Positions 20,374 to 31,366 of a stretch of 64,000 nucleotides of DNA are shown one piece after another. The stretch comes from Candidatus Moraniibacteriota bacterium (GTDB taxonomy: Bacteria > Patescibacteriota > Minisyncoccia > Moranbacterales > DUUL01), in NCBI GenBank assembly GCA_041583775.1, contig JBFHFF010000007.1, positions 3,382 through 67,381 of the forward strand, read 5' to 3'. Positions within the stretch are counted from its first letter, which is position 1; each line of letters starts with the position of its first letter. Position numbers and translations under genes: made by a program. The notes under the pieces are model-generated. The model was not told the DNA's origin, made no database searches, and was given only the letters and a program-made list of their open reading frames with translations.

Positions 20374-20706
20374 TTATAACAAATTAAATCTAAACTCTTT
20401 TCCATAATCAATGAAGCCGATTTTTTTGTATAATCTGTGAACACTTAAGCGAGAATTTCTACTGGTGGCTATTAACTTGTAACATCCTAATTCTTTGGCT
20501 TTTTTTATTGCATGTTTTGTTATTTTTGTTCCAAGCCCCCTTCCTCTAGCAACTTCACTTACAAAAACATCTTCTAGAAAAGCAAATGGCTCGGTGTGCA
20601 AATTATTGTGCATTATATATAAAAAAGCTCTGGCGATTTCCTTGTCATTTTCTTTGATGGAAAATCTAAGTCCAGAAAGTTGTTTATTTTCTTCTGAAAT
20701 TTTCAT
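20374..20706 (-). CDS. GNAT-family N-acetyltransferase
   Basis: LEDVFV...RGRGLG, LYKKIGF. Confidence 0.9.
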   Translation of the reverse strand: MKISEENKQLSGLRFSIKENDKEIARAFLYIMHNNLHTEPFAFLEDVFVSEVARGRGLGTKITKHAIKKAKELGCYKLIATSRNSRLSVHRLYKKIGFIDYGKEFRFNLL

Positions 20707-20711
20707 TGAAA

Positions 20712-21770
20712 TTATTTGTTAAATTCTTTTAAGTCATCTTTAAATTCAGTTTGATAGATGTGTAGAATGGCTATAAACATAGCAATAATGACTGGGCCAA
20801 CCAAGAATCCAATTAGTCCAAAAAGTGCCAATCCTCCAAATGTAGAAATGAAAATTAAAAGAGGGTGAAGTCCTGAGTCATTTCCAACTAGTTTTGGTCT
20901 CAATATATTATCTATTAGACTAATAACAACTGTTCCGACAATAGTGAGCACGATTGCTTGCCATAATTGACCAAGTAACAACAGAATTATTGCAACTGGC
21001 GCCCATACAAAAACAGGCCCAAGTATTGGAATAAGAGAAAAGAATGTTGCGACAACGCCAAGAAGTGCTGCTGATTGAACATCTAGTAGCCATAGCGTAA
21101 GACCGGTCAAGGTTCCTTGAATCAAAGCCACAACTAAAGTGCCTTTCAATGTGGCTCTTGATATTTCTACGAATTTTTCAATTAAGATTTTTTCTTGCTT
21201 GTTTCTCAATGGACTGATTTTCATTATTTCCTTGATAATTCTATCGCCATCTTTGAATAAGTAATATAGAGCAAAAAACATCACAAAAGTAAGAAAAGCT
21301 AGCTGACTGGTGCTTCGATAGGCGCTTTTGATAAATGTTGCAAAGAGATTACCAGCATCCTTAACGCTATTTATGAATTTATCTGTACCTATGATACTAT
21401 GTAAGTCAGAATTGCTAATATAGATGTTTAATCCTGGAATTGTTAGTTCACTTCCGTTTACTTTTTCAATGAAATGATTTTTTTGAATAATTTCATAAAG
21501 ACCATTTGCTTCAGAAACAAGCAGGCTTGATATAGAAATTAAAGGTATAATAATAATAAAAAGAATCATTCCACAGGCAAGGAAAGAACCCACACTTTTT
21601 CTTCCTCTGAAGAATTTAGTGAATCTTAGATAGTAGTTTTTGAATAACTGTGAAAGAACAAAAGCAACTAAAAGTGCCAATAAAAAGGGTTTAAAAACTA
21701 GATATGCGCCATATCCAGAAGCTGCTATTAATAAAAATAAGAATGTCGCATTTATGTGGCTTCTTGTCAT
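20712..21770 (-). CDS. AI-2E family transporter (YdiK-like)
   Basis: IP.LG...VW.P, DNILRPKLVG, HPLL...GGL..FG..G...GP. Confidence 0.92.
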   Translation of the reverse strand: MTRSHINATFLFLLIAASGYGAYLVFKPFLLALLVAFVLSQLFKNYYLRFTKFFRGRKSVGSFLACGMILFIIIIPLISISSLLVSEANGLYEIIQKNHFIEKVNGSELTIPGLNIYISNSDLHSIIGTDKFINSVKDAGNLFATFIKSAYRSTSQLAFLTFVMFFALYYLFKDGDRIIKEIMKISPLRNKQEKILIEKFVEISRATLKGTLVVALIQGTLTGLTLWLLDVQSAALLGVVATFFSLIPILGPVFVWAPVAIILLLLGQLWQAIVLTIVGTVVISLIDNILRPKLVGNDSGLHPLLIFISTFGGLALFGLIGFLVGPVIIAMFIAILHIYQTEFKDDLKEFNK

Positions 21771-21912
21771 TTGTTTTGTTATATTTTTTAGATTTATAGT
21801 TATTAATTTTTTCGGTATCTTTATTATAAAGGAAATATGTTTTTGAACAACCCATAATTATAAAAAATATTAAGCAAAGTTTATTTGAATTGTTTTAAGA
21901 AATGTTTGTTTT

Positions 21913-22770
21913 TTAATTTTGCCAAAAATCTTGCATTGCCTTAATTATGATTGGCTTTTTCGAAAAAAATTTATGATATGATAACCTTAGGATAAATACT
22001 GACCAGAAATAGGGGAGTGCTATTTTGGGATAGTGCTTTTTAAAGAAGTAAAGAGCATTTCTTGTCAAAAAGTAATCTTTTGTTTCAGATGATGTGGAAT
22101 GTGATTCTTGATGGAAGCAAATCGCTGAACTTTCCGTGTCAATTTCAAAGCCAGCGTCCAAGGCTCTTCTTGAAAAATCGGCATCCTCATAGTACAGGAA
22201 GAAATTTGGGTCAAATCCTCCTATCTTCTCTATAAGCGAATTTTTTATAAGTAGGGCACAACCAGTAACATATTGCTCTTGAAATGTTTTTGGGGGATCG
22301 TGGAGGCTCTTGAAGCAGAGGAAATCTATACTACCTTTTTCAAAGATAATCTTCTTTGTTGACGGGTCGATTATTTTGCAAGACAAAAGTCCTATTTTTT
22401 TTCTTTTTTTTGCAGTTTCTATTAAATTTTCTAGTACATCCTTTTCGATAATAGTATCTGGATTTAATAAAAAAAAGAAACCAGAAGCATATTTTTCTTC
22501 CTCTATTATGGTGTTAATTGTTTTTCCAAAACCCTCATTGAAGTCATTTAGAATTATATTAGAAACTCGTGAGTCTTTGATAAATCTTTTTAAAATTTTA
22601 GGAGTTTTGTCTTGAGAGTTATTGTCTATAACAATAATTTTTTTCTTAAAACCGCTAAGTTTGTTTTTGAAAACAGAAAAAAGACAATTTTCAATAGTCG
22701 TTTCGTTGTTGTAGGTTATTATAATGATAGTAATAACCCTGGCATTGTTTTTATTGAGAATTTTTTTCAT
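21913..22770 (-). CDS. Glycosyltransferase family 2
   Basis: IDNNSQD, LLNPD, GGFDPNFFLYYEDAD. Confidence 0.92.
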   Translation of the reverse strand: MKKILNKNNARVITIIIITYNNETTIENCLFSVFKNKLSGFKKKIIVIDNNSQDKTPKILKRFIKDSRVSNIILNDFNEGFGKTINTIIEEEKYASGFFFLLNPDTIIEKDVLENLIETAKKRKKIGLLSCKIIDPSTKKIIFEKGSIDFLCFKSLHDPPKTFQEQYVTGCALLIKNSLIEKIGGFDPNFFLYYEDADFSRRALDAGFEIDTESSAICFHQESHSTSSETKDYFLTRNALYFFKKHYPKIALPYFWSVFILRLSYHKFFSKKPIIIKAMQDFWQN

Positions 22771-24190
22771 TTCTATCCTTCTTTAACAATAACATAATTT
22801 CTTCTTTAGAGATTGCTTTTAGAAGCACAGTTGCTGTGAAATAAACAAGTGGGCTTAGAATAACAACAACAAGAAACGGAAGATATATTTTTGATATTAA
22901 TAGGAAAATGAAAAGAATAAATCCAGAAAGAAAAATCGAGAAAACTCTTTCAAATTTCGGAAAGAAATTGAGATTTTTATAAATCAAGAACCCTCCTATC
23001 ATAATAACCAAGAGTTCTGTGAAAACCGAAGTATATGCTGTTGCGAAGTAAGAATATTTTGGGATAAACAAGAGGTTGGAGGAAACATTAAAAATTGCAA
23101 CAAATAGCAATCCCCAAAGTAGCTCTTTTTGTAATTTTGCTGCTATTAAAATACTATTAAAAAGTTGACCAAAGAAAATAAAAACGAGCGATAGAATAAC
23201 GATCCGAAGAATATCAGCTGAGATGATAAACTCTGGTCCTGCAATTAGAGTGATAATCTCTTCTGCCAAAACTTGCGTTCCAATAAAAATTGGGATTGAA
23301 AGTATGAGAAAGATTTTGAAATTTTTATTTACAATAATTTCAAATTTTTTGCGATTAGAGAAAATATTATAAGAGATGATAGGCATTGTGAGGCCAACAA
23401 TCATCCCTGGAAAAAAGCTAAGATTTTCAATTACCTTGTAGGCAGCACCATATACACCAACATCAGCAGCTGGTTTTAACCAGGAGAGGATAATTGAATC
23501 AGCCTTGAAATATATAAAAGATACAAAAACAGAAAGTCCTATCGGAAAGGATTGGTAAAGGAATTTTTTCCAATAATTAATGTCAAAAGAAGGTTTGAAT
23601 TTTATGAATTTTTTTGCAAACCAAAAAGTGACAAGGAAGTTGAAAATCATTGTTATCAAAAGTGTCCCAACGATAAAGTTGAATCCCAAATCTAATTTAA
23701 CTCCAAGTAATGTAAGTGCTAATTGAAGTCCTTTACCAAACATATCCACAAGTGCGACTCGGTCCATCATTAGTCTTTTCTGGAAAAGCCCGATTAGCAT
23801 TTGAGTAAATGATGAAAAGAAAAATGAAAAAAGAACAATACACAAAGAAAACTTCAATTCATTTGAATATGAAGAAAGATAAATAAAAAGAGGAGCAATC
23901 GCAATTACTATTAAGGAGATTGCAATTCTAAGTCCAACAGCGTTGTTAACTATTTTTTCTTCATCCGCATTTGGACGGGAAATTTCTCGCATAGTTGTTT
24001 GGTAGATTCCAAAATCTCCAAATGCAGTAAAGAATAAAAAAAATGCCAAAGCAACAATGTAATTGCCAAACATTTCTTGACCTAGATATCTCGTGATAAC
24101 CCCAATATTAACGAGGGCAATAACTGTTGTAATTACCTTAGATATTGAAGATGCCGTAACATTATAGATTATTTTTCGAGAAACGGACAT
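22751..24190 (-). CDS. Wzx-like polysaccharide flippase
   Basis: TRYLG...G.Y, DFG, VGVYGAAYK; many TM segments. Confidence 0.9.
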   Translation of the reverse strand: MSVSRKIIYNVTASSISKVITTVIALVNIGVITRYLGQEMFGNYIVALAFFLFFTAFGDFGIYQTTMREISRPNADEEKIVNNAVGLRIAISLIVIAIAPLFIYLSSYSNELKFSLCIVLFSFFFSSFTQMLIGLFQKRLMMDRVALVDMFGKGLQLALTLLGVKLDLGFNFIVGTLLITMIFNFLVTFWFAKKFIKFKPSFDINYWKKFLYQSFPIGLSVFVSFIYFKADSIILSWLKPAADVGVYGAAYKVIENLSFFPGMIVGLTMPIISYNIFSNRKKFEIIVNKNFKIFLILSIPIFIGTQVLAEEIITLIAGPEFIISADILRIVILSLVFIFFGQLFNSILIAAKLQKELLWGLLFVAIFNVSSNLLFIPKYSYFATAYTSVFTELLVIMIGGFLIYKNLNFFPKFERVFSIFLSGFILFIFLLISKIYLPFLVVVILSPLVYFTATVLLKAISKEEIMLLLKKDRNEKNSQ

Positions 24191-24222
24191 TTTTGTTGTG
24201 TTTTTAATTTTCTTTTTTAAAA

Positions 24223-24732
24223 CTAGAGATCATAATCATCTCCAACTGAAGTTGGCTTGATAATGATTTTTCTATCCTCACCCTCACCAACGCTTTCAGT
24301 TAGAATTCCTTCCATTTTAGCAAGTTCAACATGAACTATTCTTCTTTCATATGCATTCATGGCACGGAGCATTGCAGATTTTTTCTCTTTGCGAACCTTC
24401 TCCCCAGTTTCAATTGCAAGTGTTATAAGCGTTTGTTTTTGATCTTCGCGATAATTATTGACATCAACGTTGAAGTTAATTTTTTCAGTTGTTTTTTTTC
24501 TAATAAGAACTCTTAAGATGTGTTGAAGTGCAGCAAGATTTACACCATATTTTCCAATTAAATATTTTGAATCGGCAAGTTGAAGTTCAACTGAGATAGG
24601 GGTTTCTTCAGAAATTTCCTCCTCTGAAGTTGAAGCGCTTGTTGCGATATAGATTGTTGCTTGAAAGCCCATTTTCTCCAAAAGTTCTTTTGTTGTTTCT
24701 TCAATCAGTTTCTTTTTCTCTTCGAGTTGCAT
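24223..24732 (-). CDS. jag: Jag/EloR (KhpB) RNA-binding protein, KH + R3H
   Basis: LIGKYG..L.ALQ, DVNNYRE, MNAYERRIVH; downstream of yidC. Confidence 0.9.
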   Translation of the reverse strand: MQLEEKKKLIEETTKELLEKMGFQATIYIATSASTSEEEISEETPISVELQLADSKYLIGKYGVNLAALQHILRVLIRKKTTEKINFNVDVNNYREDQKQTLITLAIETGEKVRKEKKSAMLRAMNAYERRIVHVELAKMEGILTESVGEGEDRKIIIKPTSVGDDYDL

Positions 24733-24766
24733 ATCAGTCTATAATTAATTTTTATAAATATTAAAA

Positions 24767-25567
24767 TTATTTTTTACCAGACTCCTGATTATTTTTTTCT
24801 TTTCCGTTTTCTTTCTTTAAAATATAGTATTGTTGAATAATCATAAATAGCGTTGAGATTGTCCAATACAGAATCAGACCTCCAGCAAATTTCACCCCAA
24901 TAACAAGTGTCATGATTGGTCCTAGATATACCATTTGAGTTTGTATCATTGTTGAGAAATCTGGCTCATCAGCGTCTTTTTTGTCAGAACCACCATTTTT
25001 CTTTTCTCGCTCAACCTTTTCTTTTTCGGTCTTAGCCATCATCATTTTTGATTGAATGAATTGCAATGCTGCTGCAACTATGGCAAGTGGAATACTTGGA
25101 TTATTGAGATTGAAAAAGCCAAATGCAATAGGATTTAATGTGCCAGGGTTCTTTATGAAATCATACAAAAGTCCGGATAATTTAGCAACTTGATCCGGAG
25201 AAGTGTTGAGTGATAGACTTAATACTTGGAAAAGAGCTATGATGAAAATCATTTGAATTATGATTGGAAGGCACCCACCAGCTGGGTTAACACCATGTTT
25301 TTTGTAGAGCTCCATTGATTTTTGACCAAGTAGAGCTTTATCCTCCTTGTATTTTTTTTGAAGTTTTTTAAGCTCAGGTTGAAGGTCTTGCATGGCCTTT
25401 TGTGACTCAATTGACTTTTTTGTCAAAGGCAACATCGCAAGCTTTGTTATTATTGTGAATAAAATAATAGCTATTCCAAAATCAGGGATGATAATATAAA
25501 GAATAACCAGTAAATTAAGAAGTGGTTGAAATACTAATAATGAAAAAGCTGTTTTAATAAGTCCCAT
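24767..25567 (-). CDS. yidC: Membrane protein insertase YidC/Oxa1 (short form)
   Basis: FGIAIILFT, QP.LKKLQ.KY, GVNPAGGCLP..IQ, LYW..S..F.IIQQ. Confidence 0.95.
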   Translation of the reverse strand: MGLIKTAFSLLVFQPLLNLLVILYIIIPDFGIAIILFTIITKLAMLPLTKKSIESQKAMQDLQPELKKLQKKYKEDKALLGQKSMELYKKHGVNPAGGCLPIIIQMIFIIALFQVLSLSLNTSPDQVAKLSGLLYDFIKNPGTLNPIAFGFFNLNNPSIPLAIVAAALQFIQSKMMMAKTEKEKVEREKKNGGSDKKDADEPDFSTMIQTQMVYLGPIMTLVIGVKFAGGLILYWTISTLFMIIQQYYILKKENGKEKNNQESGKK

Positions 25568-25579
25568 TTTTATTTTTTA

Positions 25580-25924
25580 TTATTTTAAGAGTTTGGCAAA
25601 TAAAAACGCTTTTTCTATACAGCGTTTAGTTTTTTCCAAATTAACACTTTCTGGTGCGATGTTTTTAATATTAACAACGATATCGAAACCAGGCTTCAAT
25701 TTTTCAAGAAATTGCTCAGTTGCAGCTCGCAACAGTCGCTTAGTTCGATTTCTTTTTACTGCACTTTTTGAATGTTTCAACCCAACACTAAATGCTATGC
25801 GAGATTGCTGTAGATTATTGGGGCAAAACTTTAAAAATAAAAAACCGTTCTGTGCCGATTTTCCGTCTAAAAAAACTTTTTTTATATCAGTTGAATTTTT
25901 TAGGCGATTCTTTAGGGGTAGCAT
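25580..25924 (-). CDS. rnpA: Ribonuclease P protein component
   Basis: SAVKRNRTKRLLR RNR motif. Confidence 0.95.
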   Translation of the reverse strand: MLPLKNRLKNSTDIKKVFLDGKSAQNGFLFLKFCPNNLQQSRIAFSVGLKHSKSAVKRNRTKRLLRAATEQFLEKLKPGFDIVVNIKNIAPESVNLEKTKRCIEKAFLFAKLLK

Positions 25925-25992
25925 TTCCGTTTTCGTTGTTTGATTTTATAGCAATTGAAAAAGCTAGTTATTAAACTATTTTTTCTTAAAAA

Positions 25993-26130
25993 CTACACAG
26001 ATAGCTTTTTTCTTCCTTTCTGTCTTCTATTTTTCAAAACATTTCGTCCAGTTTTTGTTGCTGACCTTTTTAAGAAGCCATGTCTTCTAGATCGCCTTCT
26101 ACTTTTTGGTTGATAAGTTCGCTTTGGCAT
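25993..26130 (-). CDS. rpmH: 50S ribosomal protein L34
   Basis: [17 protein letters not shown]; true start ATG at 26130. Confidence 0.96.
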   Translation of the reverse strand: MPKRTYQPKSRRRSRRHGFLKRSATKTGRNVLKNRRQKGRKKLSV

Positions 26131-26331
26131 ATTATCGTAATATTTAATCAAATTAACTAAGTAATATTGTAGCATCTAAAGGCACAAAGTCAATGGTGCT
26201 TGTAGTTGGCCCAAAAAAGTTTTAACTCAACTAATGTTGCAATTTTTCCAAGAGAGAATTATGTTGTATAATACAGAGGTGTATTGTGGGTAGGAAAATT
26301 AAATAAGCAGAAATAATTAATTTAGAAAAAT

Positions 26332-26448
26332 ATGCTTAAAAGTACAAAAAAGAAAATTAGAATTCTTTGGATTTTTATTTCAATAATAGCTGCTTTGGGT
26401 ATGGTGGCTTTTACGGTAGCGCCATTTTTAGAGACGCTGGGTAGATAA
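26332..26448 (+). CDS. Small single-TM membrane peptide, 38 aa (absent from ORF track)
   Basis: MLKSTKKKIRILWIFISIIAALGMVAFTVAPFLETLGR: basic N-terminus plus hydrophobic helix. Confidence 0.6.
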   Translation: MLKSTKKKIRILWIFISIIAALGMVAFTVAPFLETLGR

Positions 26449-26477
26449 AGTTTAATCTTTTTGGAAGATCTTATTTA

Positions 26478-26915
26478 ATGAGAAAGTCGAAAATAATAAA
26501 AACGCAAGGAGAGCATAAATGTAAAGCAAATAATGGAAGAAGGGCGTTTCTTTTCTTTACTTTTTTTGTCTTGTTAGGCTTTATAAGTTTTATAGTTTTT
26601 AGAATGTCTCATCAGGCAGAAAAACAAAACGGTATTAATGATGAAATTGCAAAACTTCAAATTCAGGCGAATAAGTTGGAGGGTGAAAACCAGGATCTAA
26701 AAGAGATGATTGATTATTTAAAGACGGATGATTTTAGAGAAAAAGAAGCCAAAGACAAATTAAATTTGATTAAGGAAGGGGAGCAGATGATTTTAGTTAA
26801 AGAGGATAGTTTGAATAGCGAGATAATTTCAGAAAAAAAGACAAAAGAGACGGAACTAATTGTTCATAGGGGAAATTATTATTATTGGTGGCATTACTTT
26901 TTTAGCATTAAATAA
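26478..26915 (+). CDS. Septum formation initiator FtsB/DivIC-like
   Basis: TM helix, coiled coil, EKEAKDKLNLIKEGE motif. Confidence 0.8.
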   Translation: MRKSKIIKTQGEHKCKANNGRRAFLFFTFFVLLGFISFIVFRMSHQAEKQNGINDEIAKLQIQANKLEGENQDLKEMIDYLKTDDFREKEAKDKLNLIKEGEQMILVKEDSLNSEIISEKKTKETELIVHRGNYYYWWHYFFSIK

Positions 26916-27073
26916 AAGTGAGAATGTTGTGATTAAATTTTGAAAAACTTAGATTTATAAAGAATCAGAAAGCTTCTTATGATATAGTATTGCTTGAAAA
27001 ATCAAATGCTTTTTTGGAACAAAGATATGACGAGGAGGATTGTGTCTAATTTAATTATTTTTAGAAAATCAAA

Positions 27074-28321
27074 ATGCTTAATTATAAAAATTTAGAGAGT
27101 CAAGATTTAGAGGTTATGAAAATAATAAGAGCAGAAGAGACTAGGCAAAAGGAGGAATTGGAATTTATTGCTTCGGAAAATTATGTGTCAAAGGCTGTTT
27201 TGGAGGCAATGGGAACTGTTTTGACAAATAAATATTCAGAGGGATATCCTGGGCATCGCTATTACGGTGGAAATGGGATTATCGATGATATCGAAAATAT
27301 AGCAATAAAAAGAGTTAAGGAAATATTTCAAGCAGAACATGTCAATGTGCAGCCACTTTCTGGTTCACCAGCAAATGCTGCTGTATATTTTGCATTTTTA
27401 AAGCCCGGAGATAAAGTTATGGGGCTAAAACTTGATCACGGAGGTCATCTTTCACATGGTCACCCAGTTAATTTTTCTGGAATGCTCTATGATTTTGTTC
27501 AGTATGAGGTGGATGAAAAAACTGGAAAGATTGATATGGAAAAAGTAAGAAAGATTGCTTTAAAGGAGCGACCAAAAATGATTGTAGCTGGTTACAGTGC
27601 TTATTCTAGAGAAATAGAATGGGAAAAGTTCAAAGAAATAGCTGATGAGATTGGCGCTTATACATTCGCTGATATAGCTCATACGGCAGGATTAATCGCT
27701 GCTGGACAATTGAATAATCCTGTTCCATTTTTTGATGTTGTTTCGACAACGACCCATAAAACTTTAAGGGGGCCACGAGGTGCAATTATAATGTGTAAAG
27801 AAAAATTCGCAAAACAGATCGACAGAGCTGTTTTTCCGGGTATGCAAGGAGGCCCTCATGATCATATAACAGCAGCAAAAGCAGTTGCTTTTGGTGAAGC
27901 TTTGAGACCAGAATTTAAGGAATATGCAAAAAAAGTAATTGAGAATGCAAAACTAATGGCAACTGTTTTTATGGATAAAGGTTATCGAGTTATTTCCAAT
28001 GGAACAGACAATCATCTTTTTGTTGTTGATATGACAAGTAAGGGGGTCAGTGGGAAAGATGTAGAAAAAGTTTTAGAAAAAGTGGGAATTTCTGTTAGTC
28101 GGTCAACAATTCCAAATGATCCAAATCCACCAATGAATCCTTCTGGTGTGAGATTTGGAACGCCAGCTGCAACCTCAAGGGGAATGGGCGTTGTTCAAAT
28201 TGAAAGAATTGTTGAAATTGTTGATTTGGCTATTTTGAATAGGGAAAATGATGAAAAATTGGGAGAAATTAGAGAGGAGATAAGAGGAATGTGTGCAGAG
28301 TTTCCGATTCCTAGTTTGTAA
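27074..28321 (+). CDS. glyA: Serine hydroxymethyltransferase
   Basis: IASENY, NKYSEGYPG.RYYGG, TTTHKTLRGPRG. Confidence 0.98.
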   Translation: MLNYKNLESQDLEVMKIIRAEETRQKEELEFIASENYVSKAVLEAMGTVLTNKYSEGYPGHRYYGGNGIIDDIENIAIKRVKEIFQAEHVNVQPLSGSPANAAVYFAFLKPGDKVMGLKLDHGGHLSHGHPVNFSGMLYDFVQYEVDEKTGKIDMEKVRKIALKERPKMIVAGYSAYSREIEWEKFKEIADEIGAYTFADIAHTAGLIAAGQLNNPVPFFDVVSTTTHKTLRGPRGAIIMCKEKFAKQIDRAVFPGMQGGPHDHITAAKAVAFGEALRPEFKEYAKKVIENAKLMATVFMDKGYRVISNGTDNHLFVVDMTSKGVSGKDVEKVLEKVGISVSRSTIPNDPNPPMNPSGVRFGTPAATSRGMGVVQIERIVEIVDLAILNRENDEKLGEIREEIRGMCAEFPIPSL

Positions 28322-28379
28322 AGTGTGAAGTACGGTTGGTGTAGAGAAATTTAATAAGATCTAAATTAAAAGGAATCTG

Positions 28380-29219
28380 ATGGAAATTTTAGATGGAAAG
28401 GTTGTTGCTAATGTAATCAATGAAAATATTAAAAAGAAAGTTTCTTTGTTGGAGAGAAGGCCTGTTTTGGCAATTATTTTAGTGGGAGATAACCCTGCTA
28501 GTAATATTTATGTTAAAAAAAAGAGAGAAGCTTGCAATGAGGTTGGAATTAAATCAATTCAAATTAGTCTAAATAGTGATATTTCAGAAGAGGAGTTGTT
28601 GGTAGAAGTTGATAAATTGAATCAAGATTTAAACATTGATGCTATTATGGTGCAAATGCCCTTACCGAAGCATATTTCAGAAAAAGTTGTTTTAGATGCA
28701 GTTGCTGCGAAAAAAGATGTAGAATGTCTGAATAGTTCTAATTTTGGAAAGTTTAGTGAATATGGAGAGGATAGTGTGGCAGTGTCTCCCGTTACTGCAA
28801 TGGCTGTGATGAAAATATTGGAAGTATATGATATTGAAATCGAAGGTAAGAATGCGGTTGTGGTAGGAAATTCAAATATTGTGGGAAAGCCAATTGCAAT
28901 GCTTTTAACCGACAATGGGGCGACTGTAACTGTTTGTCATAATAAAACCAAAGATATTGCAATTCATACTCGATGGGCTGATATATTAGTTGTTGCTGTT
29001 GGAAAAAAACATCTTATTGGTAAAGGAATGTTTAAAAAAAATGCAACAGTTATTGATGTGGGGATTAATCGAGAAGGTAAGAAGATATTTGGTGATGTTG
29101 ATTTTGAAGCAGCCAAGGAAGTGGTTGGTGCGATTACTCCAGTTCCAGGAGGAGTTGGACCAGTTACTGTGGCAATGTTAATGAAAAATACATTTGAATT
29201 ATTTTCTAAAAACCTCTAA
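28380..29219 (+). CDS. folD: Methylenetetrahydrofolate dehydrogenase/cyclohydrolase
   Basis: YV..K, IDVGINR, ITPVPGGVGP.TVAML. Confidence 0.96.
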   Translation: MEILDGKVVANVINENIKKKVSLLERRPVLAIILVGDNPASNIYVKKKREACNEVGIKSIQISLNSDISEEELLVEVDKLNQDLNIDAIMVQMPLPKHISEKVVLDAVAAKKDVECLNSSNFGKFSEYGEDSVAVSPVTAMAVMKILEVYDIEIEGKNAVVVGNSNIVGKPIAMLLTDNGATVTVCHNKTKDIAIHTRWADILVVAVGKKHLIGKGMFKKNATVIDVGINREGKKIFGDVDFEAAKEVVGAITPVPGGVGPVTVAMLMKNTFELFSKNL

Positions 29220-29257
29220 GATAGGAAGGCAAATTCAAAATAGCTAAAAATATATAA

Positions 29258-30592
29258 ATGACAAGAAAAAAAACTATTATAATAGTTCTTATACTAATCG
29301 TTATCGTTGCCATAGGATATAAACTTTTTTTTGCAGACAAGAAAGATTTGATTACATACGAAACAGAGGAAGCGAAAGTGGGGTCAGTGCAACAAACTGT
29401 TTCTGTGACAGCTGATCTGAAATCCAAACAAGAGGTTATCTTGAATTTTGAGGCTGCCGGAAGGATAAATTCCATAGATGTATATGTTGGAGAAAAAATT
29501 GCATTGGGTGATACAATAGCAACAATTGATGATGTTGTTTTAAGACAAGATCTGATGCGTGCTGAGGCTGGGCTTACTCAAGCCATAGCAAATAGTGGTG
29601 CAAACAAAGATCTTATTAGGGAGGCTGAACAGAGAAAGGACAACGCTAAAGATGTTCTAGATGAGACGGAGAGCTTAGAAAAGCAAAGAGTTAATTCGGC
29701 CGAGAGAGCATATGAAGATGCAAAAAATAATTATGAAGATGCAAAAGAATATTACGAGCAGGTTTTAAATGACAATGGTATTGATAGTTCTATTACGAAA
29801 AGTGCAAAACTTACTCTTAATTCTGCAAATTCAGCAAAACACAGTGCTGAAGAGGCTGTTGAGTCTGCAAAAAAGGCAAGGGATTTGTCCTTAGTGTCAG
29901 CCGAGAATGCAGTCAAGAGTGCAAGAGAGGGACTGGAAACTGCTGAGTCTAGTTATGTGAAAATGAGCAAAGATGCTGCAATTGAGAGTGCAAAAGCTTC
30001 GCGTGAAATGGCTTTAGTAAATTTACAAAAAGCAACATTGAAATCGCCAATAAACGGGTTGATAACTCAAGTTAATTATAAGAAAGGAGAAGTTTTGGGA
30101 ACGATTATGAATAGTTCTTTTGGAAAAATTTTATCTTCCGATTTCACATTAGAGGCTGATATTCCAGAGTCTGATATTGTGAAAATAAGACTTGATCAGG
30201 AAGCGACTGTAACTTTCGATGCCTTTGAGGAGAGTGAAAAATTTTCAGCAAAGGTCATAGAGATTGAACCAGCTGCAACTGTTATTCAAGATGTTGTTTA
30301 TTATAAGGTTAAATTAAGATTAGTAGAATCTGATATTCGCTTAAAAGAAGGTATGAGTTCTGATATTGATATTCACACGGCAGAGAAGGTAGATGTTGTT
30401 GTGATTCCAAGGAGGGCTGTGAGGATAGAAAATGATAAAAAATATGTAGATATTTTAACTGGTGAAAATGATTTAAAAACGGTTGAGGTGGAAACTGGTC
30501 TTCGTGGTGATGATGGAGAAATAGAAATAATTTCTGGAATTAGTAGCGGAGACAAAGTTGTCGTTTTTGTTAATGACCCAAATAAGGAATAG
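29258..30592 (+). CDS. MacA-like efflux periplasmic adaptor subunit
   Basis: N-terminal TM, long alpha-hairpin, LKSPING lipoyl half, V.TGL.....EI.SG. Confidence 0.88.
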   Translation: MTRKKTIIIVLILIVIVAIGYKLFFADKKDLITYETEEAKVGSVQQTVSVTADLKSKQEVILNFEAAGRINSIDVYVGEKIALGDTIATIDDVVLRQDLMRAEAGLTQAIANSGANKDLIREAEQRKDNAKDVLDETESLEKQRVNSAERAYEDAKNNYEDAKEYYEQVLNDNGIDSSITKSAKLTLNSANSAKHSAEEAVESAKKARDLSLVSAENAVKSAREGLETAESSYVKMSKDAAIESAKASREMALVNLQKATLKSPINGLITQVNYKKGEVLGTIMNSSFGKILSSDFTLEADIPESDIVKIRLDQEATVTFDAFEESEKFSAKVIEIEPAATVIQDVVYYKVKLRLVESDIRLKEGMSSDIDIHTAEKVDVVVIPRRAVRIENDKKYVDILTGENDLKTVEVETGLRGDDGEIEIISGISSGDKVVVFVNDPNKE

Positions 30593-30620
30593 AAGAGGTG
30601 CAAAAATTTAAAAATGCAGG

Positions 30621-31349
30621 ATGTCAAAATTGATACAAGTTGTAGATTTACATAAAACATATAAAACGGACGAAGTTGAAACACTGGCTATTTGTGGTGT
30701 TTCTTTTGAAATTCAAAGAGGTGAATTTGTTGCAATAATGGGACCGTCAGGTAGTGGGAAGTCTACATTGATGCAGATGTTGGGATTATTGGATCAACCC
30801 ACTAAAGGGGAATATTTATTGAATGACAGAAGTATTGGTAATCTCTCTGATGATGAAATGGCAAATATTCGCAATGTAAATATGGGCTTTATTTTCCAAT
30901 CATTTAACTTGCTCCCAAAAACCACAGTATATGAAAATGTGGAGCTTCCACTTCTTTATGATCATCGGAAAACTAATATAAAAGAAAATCGAGAAAAGAT
31001 TTTAAAAGCATTAAAAGCTGTTAATCTTGAGCACAGAATTGATCATTTCTCTAACCAACTTTCTGGAGGTGAAAAACAAAGAGTTGCAATTGCAAGAGCG
31101 CTTGTTAATGATCCGGATATTATTTTTGCAGATGAGCCAACTGGAAATCTTGATTCAAAATCTGGCACACAAATTATGAAAATCTTGCAAGAATTAAACG
31201 ACGAAGGAAAGACAATTATTTTAGTTACCCATGAAACTAGGACTGCTAATCATGGAAAAAGAATTATCTATGTGGTTGACGGAAGGATTGATAGTGATAG
31301 ACCAGTTACAAAGCGTTTGATTGCAAAGCAAGGGGAATTGTTAAAATAA
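30621..31349 (+). CDS. ABC transporter ATP-binding protein (MacB/LolD type)
   Basis: [33 protein letters not shown]. Confidence 0.96.
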   Translation: MSKLIQVVDLHKTYKTDEVETLAICGVSFEIQRGEFVAIMGPSGSGKSTLMQMLGLLDQPTKGEYLLNDRSIGNLSDDEMANIRNVNMGFIFQSFNLLPKTTVYENVELPLLYDHRKTNIKENREKILKALKAVNLEHRIDHFSNQLSGGEKQRVAIARALVNDPDIIFADEPTGNLDSKSGTQIMKILQELNDEGKTIILVTHETRTANHGKRIIYVVDGRIDSDRPVTKRLIAKQGELLK

Positions 31350-31366
31350 AATATTTATCTAAAGAT

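Noticed and set aside
26130-26330. oriC upstream of rpmH
   Set aside because: No TTATCCACA-type DnaA boxes noticed and no dnaA
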